Assembly: GCA_021432655.1 (NCBI GenBank)
Contig: MU271233.1
Coordinates: 110,547 to 130,546 of the forward strand
DNA: 20,000 nucleotides
Reading direction: 5' to 3'
From: Atractiella rhizophila
Taxonomy: Eukaryota
The notes beneath the pieces were generated by a model. That model was not told the DNA's origin. It did no database searches and saw nothing but the letters and a program-made list of their open reading frames with translations. Below, piece after piece: positions 1-9,644 of this stretch; within the stretch, counting starts at the first letter, position 1, and the number at the start of each line of letters is the position of its first letter. The position numbers and the translations under genes were made by a program.

Positions 1-587
1 TGTATTTCACTTGACAGCCATGACTTGAAAATGTCCAGTCTTCATGCTTATCATGCGTAATGTATCTCTCTCGCCCATCTCAAGGATGGAAATGCATGCA
101 GTTCTTGTTGGTAACTTCTCTTTGCCTCTATTTTTCGCTGTCTTCCGCTACATCCTAAATTTCACAAAGTCATGTGAACTTCGAGCCAGTTTGTTCATCA
201 TGATTCCAGATTCCAGTACTTTTGTGCTCGCCCTTGCTATATTAACTTCACTGTGACCCGACTAATGAGTACGGACGCCCGAGGTTTGGGTCGTTTGGGA
301 GGGTAGCCCAGTTCACGATTGAAAACACTCCGTCTGTCCCTCTGCGATAGAATCATAATCCTGCGTTCAAAAAAAGGAGATATGAGAAGAACTGCAAATA
401 TCTCGCTCGCTAGTCCCGCCATGGGTGACTGGCGGGACGCGCTACAGCGCTTCTCTGACCTCAACTCTGGAAGTCAATTGAGATCGAGAATTCAAAAGGT
501 CACTTGTTCTCAAGTTGGAAAGGACTTTTTAAACTCTCACTACTGGCGTTTCTTACCTGACTTAGGTGAAACTGCGCTTAGGTACAA

Positions 588-1212
588 TTAGACCACAACC
601 CCTTTGTAAGAATCCTGTTGCTATCAGGTGGCAGGTGTGTGGCTTAACAGTGGTGCGGTGGAATCGATGCAGAGTGTGAGATGTAATCCGACGAAAGACA
701 TATATCCTCATACTTTTCCTAATCGCGCTGTAAGGACTGTTAGCAAGGTATCCGAGCCTTGTTCTTTTACGGTGCTTTGCACGTATTCCACAATAAAGGA
801 TTTGTTCCGCAGAAACGTAAAGAAGCGTGAAGGAAATATTCCGTACAAAGGATATCGTTTCATCAACTAAGCATTCATTACTTCGTACCCAAAACGTGTA
901 GCTTACAATGCTTGAGTCCAAATACTCGTAGTGTATGCAATGAAGCTTTGTCAAAACCAAACCGCTGTATTAACAAGATAGATGAGAGAATCAGAGCAAC
1001 ACGAACTGTTGGCGTTGAGCCAAGGACCAACGGCCAAACAGGGTACTATCAACATGTCAACCTAAGACCTAGACTTACCAACTACCAACTTACTGCTGAA
1101 CTGCACTCCCAACACTAAGTTGATCACTAACAAGAACCGAGAAACAAGAAAAAAGACAGGATTCAAAGCAAAGTCAAAATCGTACTCGGAGGTAATCTAC
1201 AACGGCGTTCAT
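588..1212 (-). CDS. Speculative microexon gene, 89 aa (MNAVVDYLR|CWECSSA|YPVWPLVLGSTPT|RFGFDKASLHTLRVFGLKH|FDETISFVRNISFTLLYVSAEQILYCGI|PRLGK|DSYKGVVV), or a spliced non-coding transcript
   Basis: Chain of GT-AG intron candidates on the - strand: 1185-1115 (gtacga..tag), 1093-1046 (gtaagt..gttgac..tag), 1006-965 (gttcgt..cag), 906-867 (gtaagc..tag), 782-728 (gtgcaa..gctaac..cag), 713-615 (gtatga..cag). Splicing all six gives an open frame from ATG 1212 to TAA 590-588. Protein not recognised; a second frame also stays open across several junctions. Confidence 0.25.
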
Positions 1213-1585
1213 TCTTTCATTCTTTCGTGTTCTGAGCCTAAAGCGACAAGCGACGTTCAAGTTGGATGTTGCCAGAAACGAAACGCATCCGTAGAGCTGA
1301 CAATCAGACGAAAGAAGATGGTGTGTGATGTGGTGGGTTATGCAAGACGGATCCCTGAGTTGGCGACGGAGTGAATTTGAAGATGTATGTGTATGATTGC
1401 GAGTTGAAACGGGGCGGCGTCCGTGGCGATGGTATCGTTAATTCGTTGTTAGTTCATGAAGTGACGCTTCCCATCTGGTGGGATTTTCTTCAATTTACTC
1501 TGTTTCTCAAACAAGTCAACGCACGCCCTCTGCCTCAGAGCAAACAAGCGAGAGAAAGCGCACTTTTGAGTTCCGTTATCATCTT

Positions 1586-2763
1586 TCAATTCGTCAATCC
1601 CCCGGGCACAGCGATGGGCGTTTCCCCCCTCATTCCACGTCCCCCTTTGACATCAACATCCCCAAATGAAAGTTCCATTTCCTGTGTCCCATCTTCGTCT
1701 TCGTCCTTCCCGCTCCCACTCTCGCTCCCGCTGGATCCTGCGCTGGCGAGACCGTTCAAGATGCTTTTATAGGTCTACACCCATCAATAACCAAAGCCAG
1801 AACACGTTCATTCGTAGTTCGATACGTTCATTCGTAGTTCGATCTGGACAAAAATGAATGGACCGACCTCAATCATCCGCTTATCCATGTCCGCACTCTG
1901 TTTTCTTTTCCTCTCTTTCTCTTCTTCAGGCTCCTTGAAGCTACTGTAACCCTCCATGGCGGTGACGAAGGAATCTTCCCACAAGCTCTTGTCCGTTAAA
2001 CCATCGTTTGGCTGGTATGACGACAACATGGCAGCAAGGTCGACCTGACCAACCTGACGGGTATGCGGTTGAGGAAGCGGCAGACGAGTAGATTGTTGTT
2101 GCTCCACGATGGAGTGCAGAGATGCCAATCTATCGTTTACCTCGGCGAAATGAAAAGCGAACGAATCCCTCAAAGACCTCTTTTGATCCTCCGCCGCAGT
2201 GTGCACTCTCGCCCCGACGTCAATGAGAAGGCCTTCGAAGGTCTTCGTGAGCTCGGTCAAGTTGGAAAGCGCGGAGTGGAGGCTGCTGGAAGACTTGGTT
2301 GTGGAGTTGAGCAAGTCCTGCATTGAGGATTTGAGCGAACTCTGGACATTGACGAAGGGATCGAGCTCGGTCGAGAGACGGGAGATGAAGTCTGCCTTCG
2401 CCTGTGTCCTCAACTTGGACAGGTCAGACATGAAGGTCGCAAAGTCGGCTTTGGTCGCGAGGGAAGGAAGTAATAGGGAAATGCGCTTGGTATGCTGATA
2501 ATTTTGGATCGTGATGTAGAGGTGTGCGAGGGTGAGAACGCACAAGAATATCTGCTTCGGTTTGTCAGCTAAAAAAGGAATGGAGTCAAAGAAAGTGGAC
2601 GAACGAGTAGATGAGCAAGGTTCACACTGAGCCCGAGAATGGAAAGAGTGGGCCAAGGGATTTCGACCCCCGACAAATCACATTTGACCACTTGCAGCAC
2701 CTCTTCCTTCGTTTCATGATGAGGAGAAAACCATCCGAACCAGGAACTCCTGAGACTATCCAT
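1586..2763 (-). CDS. Hypothetical membrane-anchored protein, 343 aa: N-terminal hydrophobic segment, long helical/coiled-coil region, acidic disordered tail. Exons 2763-2605, 2551-1868, 1774-1586
   Basis: Joins track ORFs 2569..2763 and 1808..2656 through a phase-0 53-nt intron 2604-2552 (gttcgt..gctgac..cag). A phase-0 93-nt intron 1867-1775 (gtcggt..tag) leads to a last exon TYKSILNG...PGGLTN, stop TGA 1588-1586. Exon lengths 159+684+189 are all multiples of 3. The hydrophobic run WPTLSILGLSVNLAHLL|IFLCVLTLAHLYITI spans intron 1. Confidence 0.75.
1804..1843. repeat. Perfect 20-bp tandem duplication (ACGTTCATTCGTAGTTCGAT x2) inside predicted intron 2 of the membrane-protein gene
   Basis: Read directly: 1804-1823 equals 1824-1843. 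Confidence 0.95.
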
Positions 2764-2776
2764 TTTTTCGAAGGGT

Positions 2777-3520
2777 TTAAAGTTGACTGAACAGAAATAC
2801 TGAAGCTATGAAAAGTCGTAGGAAGTTGGTCGTCAGAAGAGAGGGCGAGAGGGCGGATCGTTGCTTTTGAACTGGTGCAAGTTGAGGAGAACGTCTGAAG
2901 GTGGGCTTGGGCGCAAAACACGATGGCAAGATTTCGACGTGAGACACAAGATTGGGTGCTGAAATTGAGAATTGGTCGGACGAGCTACAAACAGACAAGG
3001 CTTCAATTTGGCATTTGGGCGTAATGATGATCTGCCGCAATTCTTCCACTGTTCAAGTTGTCGGCGTCGCTATGACCAGTCGTTTGAGGACAGTGCAAAG
3101 CGTGTCAAAGCATCCAAGTGTCTCAAGAAAGGGAGAAGCCTTTGGGCAGTGGCTACTAGGATTACTGACTGGCGAACCCTGACCAGGAAATAGTGACGAA
3201 GAAGGTCGAGGAGTGTTCCATCGCAAAAGCTTATCTTGTTCATCTTCAATCGCATCTCTGGGATGCGAGATGCGAGATAAATGACTTGACCTCCCAAACC
3301 AACAAGCTCCTGTCTTTGCTTACAGTTGGCTTCCAATGATGGTAAACTTGGGTCTGGGGCAGAGCGAGTAAAGGACATCTTCAACTACACGCGGGCGAAT
3401 TGTGTAAGAGCGGATGGTTGGAGAACTGGTGGTGGGATGGACACTGGGAAGGAAGCATTGTGATAGCCATTTAGATGCAGATGTGAGCGTCTATTCCATT
3501 GGTGGGGATGTGAATTCCAT
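2777..3520 (-). pseudogene. Candidate pseudogene: a 226-codon spliced frame with two internal stops
   Basis: ATG 3520, exon to 3324, intron 3323-3258 (gtaagc..cag), exon 3257-2777 merging into track ORF 2777..3049. Internal TAG at 3493-3491 and TGA at 3055-3053. No family recognised; the intron branch site is weak. Confidence 0.35.
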
Positions 3521-3579
3521 CGTGAGAGGGCAAAGAACTCTCAGAGTTCAAATTTCAACATTCAACGGCTGACAGTTTC

Positions 3580-3629
3580 ATTTCAACTGGCTGCCTCCCG
3601 AGGCACTCCACCTCTATTTCAGTTGAAAT
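3580..3629. repeat. Nested inverted repeat / potential hairpin
   Basis: ATTTCAACTG (3580-3589) is the exact reverse complement of CAGTTGAAAT (3620-3629). Inner pair TGCCTC (3592-3597) / GAGGCA (3600-3605). Extra TTCAAC copies at 3554 and 3561. Confidence 0.8.
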
Positions 3630-5109
3630 TCTGGCGTGTTTCTAGGCAAGGGAACCGGTGCGGATCATACCGTGTTCGTTTCTGGAAAGTGAATCACTCG
3701 ATTTGAATACAAGCATGAGGCCTCAGGGTGGGCAGGAGCTCCATTTTAACCGAAGAAGACCTTACCGTGCACGTTCATTCGGTGGTTCTTCCTTCTGCTT
3801 TGACTGCTCCGTTCGGGGCAAAGCGCATAGTAGGACCAGGAAGGCATTCCTATTTGACATACAAAATGGTGCTTGACGGACGTTTCAGCAACACAATTCC
3901 ACTTTCCTGTGAACTTCATGTGTGGAACGTAGAACATACTCTAGGACAATATCTGACTGGGAAAAGGAGCGTGTGGATGGAATAGTCAGAGAAATTCGAG
4001 CTGGGAGGTGGGCGGAAATCTTGCTTGAGCTTTCACTCGGAATTAGGTTTTCGTTGCTCAAGCAGAATCTTTTGTTGGCAAGATTTAAGGCAATCTGTCC
4101 TTATTTTGAGAGCGAAAGTGTCGAATCTTTTCTATCATATGTGGTTGGATCTCTTACTACTGCGGTTGAGGATGGATTGAAAACAGAATGACCAAGTAAT
4201 CACTTTCATCCCTCTTTGGCAGAGGACCTGTAGCGCGAGTGATTGAAAGCCCTAGCAGATTATCTTCTGACAAAGGGGCAGAAGTGAAGCTAATAGAAGA
4301 GATCTTCTTCTCACGAATACATTGTGGTATGGTGTTCCAAACCATTCTTCCAAGGTGCACAAGGACCGTAGCTTGTTACTTGCCCGTCCCGCATTTACAG
4401 TTTTGCAGCTCAGGCAAATCTGTAAGGTACCTCGCCGAAACTGTTTCGTAACATCTTTGTTCCCTTGTCTAGCGCGGTTCCATTTTTAATCCATTCCTAC
4501 ATTTCTTCACTTCGAATTCTCTCTCGGCGTTTGTTCCCTCATTGACGAAGAGTACATAGCTGACCAGAGGAATAACGTGTTCCCCCTTCCATTCAAGAAT
4601 CATATAATATTGAATAATCTCATGGTCTGTTGGAAGGCTTTATCGCTCTGATGAATTGATATTTGGTTGTCAACGTGACTTGATTTGACCCTCGTGAGGT
4701 GTCTCAGAGTCGCAGTAGCAGCGCATTTGGTCCATTGAGCGCTTTGATACCCATGTATCGCCACGGACAGGTCCGAGTTCTACTTTTTGCGCTCTTACGG
4801 AGGACGGTTCCCAGCATTTCTTAGAGTCCCTTATTTCCTCGCAGTAAACGCTCGTTGCATGGTCGGTCCCTGCGTACATACAGTGAGGAAGTGGGAATGG
4901 TCCAGCCTAGTCCGGAGAGGAAAGGACTCCGTCAAAGGAGTTTGCGTTGGAGCCGCAAATTGAGCAGGATGCTGCGTCTTGGCGCAATGATCTCCTGATC
5001 AGCGATGACCTGAAGACTGGATATGAATGGATAACGATAGTACAGCATCTGTACAACATTTGAGATACTGGCGTGATTTCCGGAAAACAATTGATACTGG
5101 GACAAAGGG

Positions 5110-5117
5110 TATAAAAG
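5110..5117 (+). promoter_or_regulatory. Candidate TATA box (TATAAAAG) for the gene starting at 5211
   Basis: Consensus TATAWAWR about 100 nt upstream of ATG 5211, followed by a C/A-rich leader. Confidence 0.45.
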
Positions 5118-5210
5118 ACCCGCATGGAGGCCAAAGTCAATTTCAGCCTTTGTCTTGTGCAATATTTAACCACTACCACTCTCAACATCTGAAGAAACAG
5201 GCCGCCTGCG

Positions 5211-6417
5211 ATGTGGGATGCAGATGATTGGAGTGATGAGTCCAGAGCATCGGATTCCGATGATAGAACCAATGTAAATCGCCAAGTACAATCACAGCTT
5301 GGACGGCGGGCAACCAGAAGGAAGTCTAAGAGGAGAAGTGAAGTTATCGCTAATAGCTCACGTATGAGATTCTCTTAAGCAGATTTCAATAGGTTGATGG
5401 CGAACCTTTCCAGGCTTTGAGGCGCAGCGGCTGTCATCATACAATCGTTCGATCCTTCGTCCTCATGGACGACATGCTTCCGCACCAAATTTCCCCCTCC
5501 AGTACCACAACCACAACATTTCCGCACCGTCACCGATCGAAAACACGCCGCCTGATCCTACTTTCCGAGTGAAGCAATGGCAAGCGAATATACACGAGAG
5601 CAACATCCTCCCCGCCTTACCTTCCACCTCACAATCACACGAAGAATCGCAGACCTCCAGCTCGCAATCCAATCTCCAGAGTCTGAACATCGTAGCCTCC
5701 TCATCCAGCGTTACTTTAACACACTTCTCCCTTCCGCCTCGAATCGGCGAACCATCCCCTCTTCGTTCCAACATGTCAAATGGAGAGAACGCTTCTCTGA
5801 ACCTTGTTGACTCCCCTTCCTCTCAACCTTCCACTCAAGACCATCATCCTGCCTCTAAACGCGATCTCCAACTCCATCCTATTGCCCCAGATCATTCCGC
5901 TCATCCTCGACGGGATCAGTCTCCCCTTCGATCGTTTGTTTCCAGTGCCTCCACCTCAGAGGTATCACCTTCACCAATCCGAAGTCCAGATCCCTTTTCT
6001 AATCTGGACGCAACTCACGGTCGTCCAACAGCTTCTTCACAGATTGATCTATTACCTCCGCTTCCTCCAAAGAACTCAGCACGACTGACATTATCTTCAC
6101 CACTACGAGATAATGCTGAGCGGCTTGTGATAACGAGGACGAAGGAAGAGACAATCATGGTTAGCAAGAGCCCGAATTTCATCAGTCGTAACACTCCACA
6201 TTCAAATCAGACCTTTCATTCAAACGGTAAAAGGGATGCAAGACGCTCTGCCCCGGTCCCTCGTCCTATTTTTGTGAGTTTTCGACAATCTTCAGATTTC
6301 ACAAATACCACTACTTCGTCGATGGAAGCGCGAGCGGAGGATGTGGAGGTGAAGAAGCACGGAATTGCTGCTTCCTTGGGCAGAAAGATAAAACTGTTTA
6401 GAGGGAGAAATAAATGA
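5211..6417 (+). CDS. Ser/Pro-rich intrinsically disordered hypothetical protein (up to 384 aa). Exons 5211-5361 and 5414-6417; probable extra in-frame intron 6160-6210
   Basis: Track ORF 5569..6417 stays open upstream to the acceptor at 5413. A phase-1 intron 5362-5413 (gtatga..gttgat..cag) joins an open exon starting MWDADDWSDE. A 51-nt gttagc..cgtaac..cag segment (6160-6210) looks like a stopless intron, and a gtgagt donor at 6274 makes the C-terminus uncertain. Confidence 0.65.
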
Positions 6418-6778
6418 TAATATGGCACCCTTCGCTGCTTCTTGTCATATTCAGTGACAACAGTTGGTAACCGATCCAACATCTGCTACAGTGTTCCAAT
6501 TTACGTCTCCCTGAAAGGAATACGAGAACTAACGATGATGGGCAAACTCATGTCTGACGCTGAAGTTCCATTGAAGTCATCCGTAAAGCTCGGTTACTTC
6601 CACGCAACGGCGGCAGCTTCCTTCCGTTTCACCCACTGGGAACTCTGAGTTCCATCTGCCATCTCAGCTTCTTTACGATCAGACAGCTGAGAGCGATCTT
6701 TTCACATCGGTAGGGAGGCCAGGAAGGATTGATATTCTGGAATACATTGTTTGGGCACAAATAACGATACAGTGCTTT

Positions 6779-8682
6779 TCATTTGAGCGTCCAGGTCTCC
6801 TCATGTTTCTCAATAGAGACGCTCCTCTTCTCATCCAAGCTCTTCCTTCCAGCTTCAAGGATGGCAGTCGTGAGAACAGTGTTTCTGCCAAAAATGGTCC
6901 AAGTCAGCACTTTTTTTCCTAGCAGAAACAGACGTACCGGATAGTGGGGAGTCCAATCCTGTCTAGATCTGCAGGAGTCGTTTTGCCGGAGTTCACCGCG
7001 ATGCAACCGTCAATGAATTTCTCAATACTCTAGTACACAAGTAGTTCAAAGGAATGTCGTGGAGAAGTTGAGCCAAGAGAGACGTACGACGTATCCATAT
7101 CCCCTCTGTCCGTCGAACTCTCCTGCTTCATTTGGTGGGTATTTCATGTAGAATGGATTGATCCTGTCATGAAATACTTAAGTGCCCGGGCATGTTCTAA
7201 ACCAAGCGACATACCAAGATATTCCTGAATTATCCAGCTGGTAATGATTCTCAGTCAACAGCTTTGAACTTGAAACAAAGCTCATACGCCGACGGAATAT
7301 CCCCTCTTCGCTTGATCTACGTGAATTTCGCCCTTTGCTCCCATGTAATGGAATCCTACACGGCATTGTCAGCATTACTGTTGCAGTCAACCAAAGCTGA
7401 CTGACTTTGATCGGAATGTACTCCAACACCGACCTGTGTTTTACTTAGAACATTTCACCCCTTAGGAAGAAATAACGAACAGGAGCAGTCCAAGACCTGA
7501 GAAAAGTTAGTTTCAGTTTCTCACTGGATGTACAACTGCTTACGCAGTGTAGATAGCCGTCCCGAAATGCTTCTCTGATTTCGTAGATTTCCACTCGACG
7601 AGGAGGGATATTGTGTCCTAGCAAGCAGATATCAGGCACTGACTGCTTCTAGCTAGAGTCAGGCATACTTCGGTCCCCGCGACACATCCACAATCTGTCT
7701 CTGCAGTTCCCCGGCTCGCGCTGGCAGTCACTTTGACGGGCACAGCACGGTCTCCTACACTCCAGACGTGGATATCAATATGGTGGGAATTCAGGTAGTA
7801 GGAAATGTCGGAGTCCTGCCCAGCTGTTACAAGGTTAGCAACGCTAACCCAAGATATAACAACCTACCCCAAGCTTTGAAGGTTTCGAGTTGTGTTTTGG
7901 GTTGGCTCATGTACGAATTGAAGTAGTTAAATTCGCCTAATATTGACCTTCAGTCACGATGTCTACCGTGATTGGAAGCAACAGACCTAATAGAGCAGCC
8001 TTGGCTTTCGCATCGCCATATACTGGGTCAAACCTATAGCAAATTAGGTTACCTAGGTGAAATTCATGGTAAATATCGTACCTCTTGTGATGTTCAACCA
8101 TGACGAAAACTCCATGCTTCTCAGCTGCGGCAATGAGCTCTTGGTGATGCGACAGAAGTTGAGTTGCCGGTTTCGTGACGAGGACGTGTATCCCTCTTTC
8201 GATTGCGTAGAGAGCAATGGGAAAATGTGTTGAATCAGGAGTGAAGATGGTCTATGAGATTGTTCAAAGCTTTTCGGGACCATCAGGAAGAAAGGCTCAC
8301 GATCGCAGATCCTTTGGGTAATTGATCGATTGCCTTCTTATATGCCTCTGCATCCTTCTCTTGATCTCCAGGAAAAGACTCAAAGGAGCAATCCATTCCC
8401 TTATATGCGTCCTCGATGTTCTTCTTAAAGTGCTCTCGAACGGATGGAAACTTCGATCCACTTGTTCCCACAATGCTCAACTTCCCGACTTTCCCTCGTC
8501 GTCTTAAATCGAACAAAGTCAGTCCGACCACTCCGATCTTCTTGTCTGATGGACTGGCACCACTTCCTACGAATCCAGTTGTGTACCTGGCTGCTGTCAA
8601 CTTGCCATGATTGATTGAAAGATCAGAAAGCGTACTCCCCACTGCCAATCATAGATACTGCTAACAAATCGTTGGATGCCAT
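6779..8682 (-). CDS. gaaA: D-galacturonate reductase, GaaA/Gar2 type (Gfo/Idh/MocA NAD(P)-binding oxidoreductase), 418 aa, 14 exons: 8682-8636, 8586-8301, 8251-8082, 8033-7987, 7936-7868, 7823-7669, 7617-7544, 7496-7481, 7433-7406, 7355-7288, 7237-7215, 7163-7088, 7029-6938, 6884-6779
   Basis: All 13 introns are GT-AG and about 44-58 nt; exons sum to 1257 nt with no internal stop. The spliced protein carries motifs I recognise from Aspergillus GaaA along its whole length: [146 protein letters not shown]. Confidence 0.93.
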
Positions 8683-8784
8683 CGTGGAACCTTTTCTAGC
8701 GATCTCGCTTTGGAATGAGATGTGGTTTGTGTGAGCTCTAGGTGTCAGAGCAGAAGTGCTTTTATGGAGGTTGTGGTGGAAGGG

Positions 8785-8849
8785 GCGGCCCGCTAGCCGC
8801 TGCTCACGCGCTCACGGCTCACTTTCCGGACCCCAGACAAGGAACGGAA
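8785..8849. promoter_or_regulatory. Motif cluster 100-170 nt upstream of gaaA
   Basis: GCGGC-N6-GCCGC inverted repeat (8785-8800); GCTCAC x3 (8802, 8810, 8817); TTCCG-N16-CGGAA (8824-8849); CCCCAG (8831-8836), which reads SYGGRG (CreA/Mig1-type site) on the - strand. Function is inferred only. Confidence 0.35.
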
Positions 8850-9644
8850 GAGAGCAAATCAGGGTCTGAAGGAGAGGGAAATAAATCAGACGATGTGGAT
8901 GAACGGAGGAACCACAATGTTTGGGGTGAAAGAACATAAATGACATATAGATACGATATGATAATATACAGAATCGAGTATCACACGGCGCTCCCGCTCA
9001 TCCTCAAACAAAAATCAGGGGATGAGAGAGAGGGAGAAGGGGAATCCAGAAACTAATGGGAGAATTCTACAGAGATATAAGCACTGTCAAAGAGATTTTT
9101 CAACTCAGCGTCGTCCAATGAAGCAACATTCCTGACACAGAACAGAACAAGGCTTGATTTAACTCGCACCGAAACCATCCAACGAAGCAACCAAAAAACC
9201 ACCACTTGTAGGAAACTGCTCAACCGACTGATTGTGAAGAAAGTTAAAGAGGAATCGAATGTGTGTGCCGGGAGTGTACGATGTTTTGGAGAGAAGCAAG
9301 AACAAATGCGTTTGACTGCTGTTAGAAGCGGAGAAGAACTGGGAGAAACGGAGAGAAATCCTTGGAGAGAGAATCGCGGATAAGTAGAGAACCTGAGATA
9401 TATATTTGGGGAGAGACGAAGAAATCATGCTGCAGGAAGCGAGATCCCAATTCGTCCAAAAGGGGAACAGAACGACGTATGGAAGAGACTTGTATGTAAA
9501 CTTTTCGAGACAAAAATGAAGACCCGGATGATATTCGACCTTGGTGATGGAGCTCGGGTACTGTGATTCTCGATGAGCAGCGCTCGTCGACGTTGACAAT
9601 TGAAACCGTTCGATGCAAGTTGATCTTGATCGATTATTGATCTG

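Noticed and set aside
1255..1295. DAF-like codons on the - strand suggesting a basidiomycete pheromone precursor
   Set aside because: No in-frame ATG and no C-terminal CAAX.
1371..2498. Plus-strand ORFs 1371..1772, 2063..2326 and 2199..2498 (likewise 5463..5774, 10498..10773, 17758..18153)
   Set aside because: Antisense shadows of real coding exons.
3658..4451. Short + strand ORFs with intron-like segments as a gene
   Set aside because: No splice combination I tried gave an open frame, and no family was recognisable.
4670..5210. Protein-like + frame upstream of and in frame with ATG 5211 (…EFALEPQIEQDAASWRNDLLISDDLKTGYEW…) as a pseudogenised 5' extension
   Set aside because: It has about nine stops in 180 codons, the random expectation, and a TATA box at 5110 explains a start at 5211.
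9159..9618. 146-aa and 98-aa minus-strand ORFs
   Set aside because: They lie just 3' of the zinc-finger stop in pyrimidine-rich 3'UTR-like sequence, and the 146-aa ORF starts at TTG, not ATG. No domain recognised.
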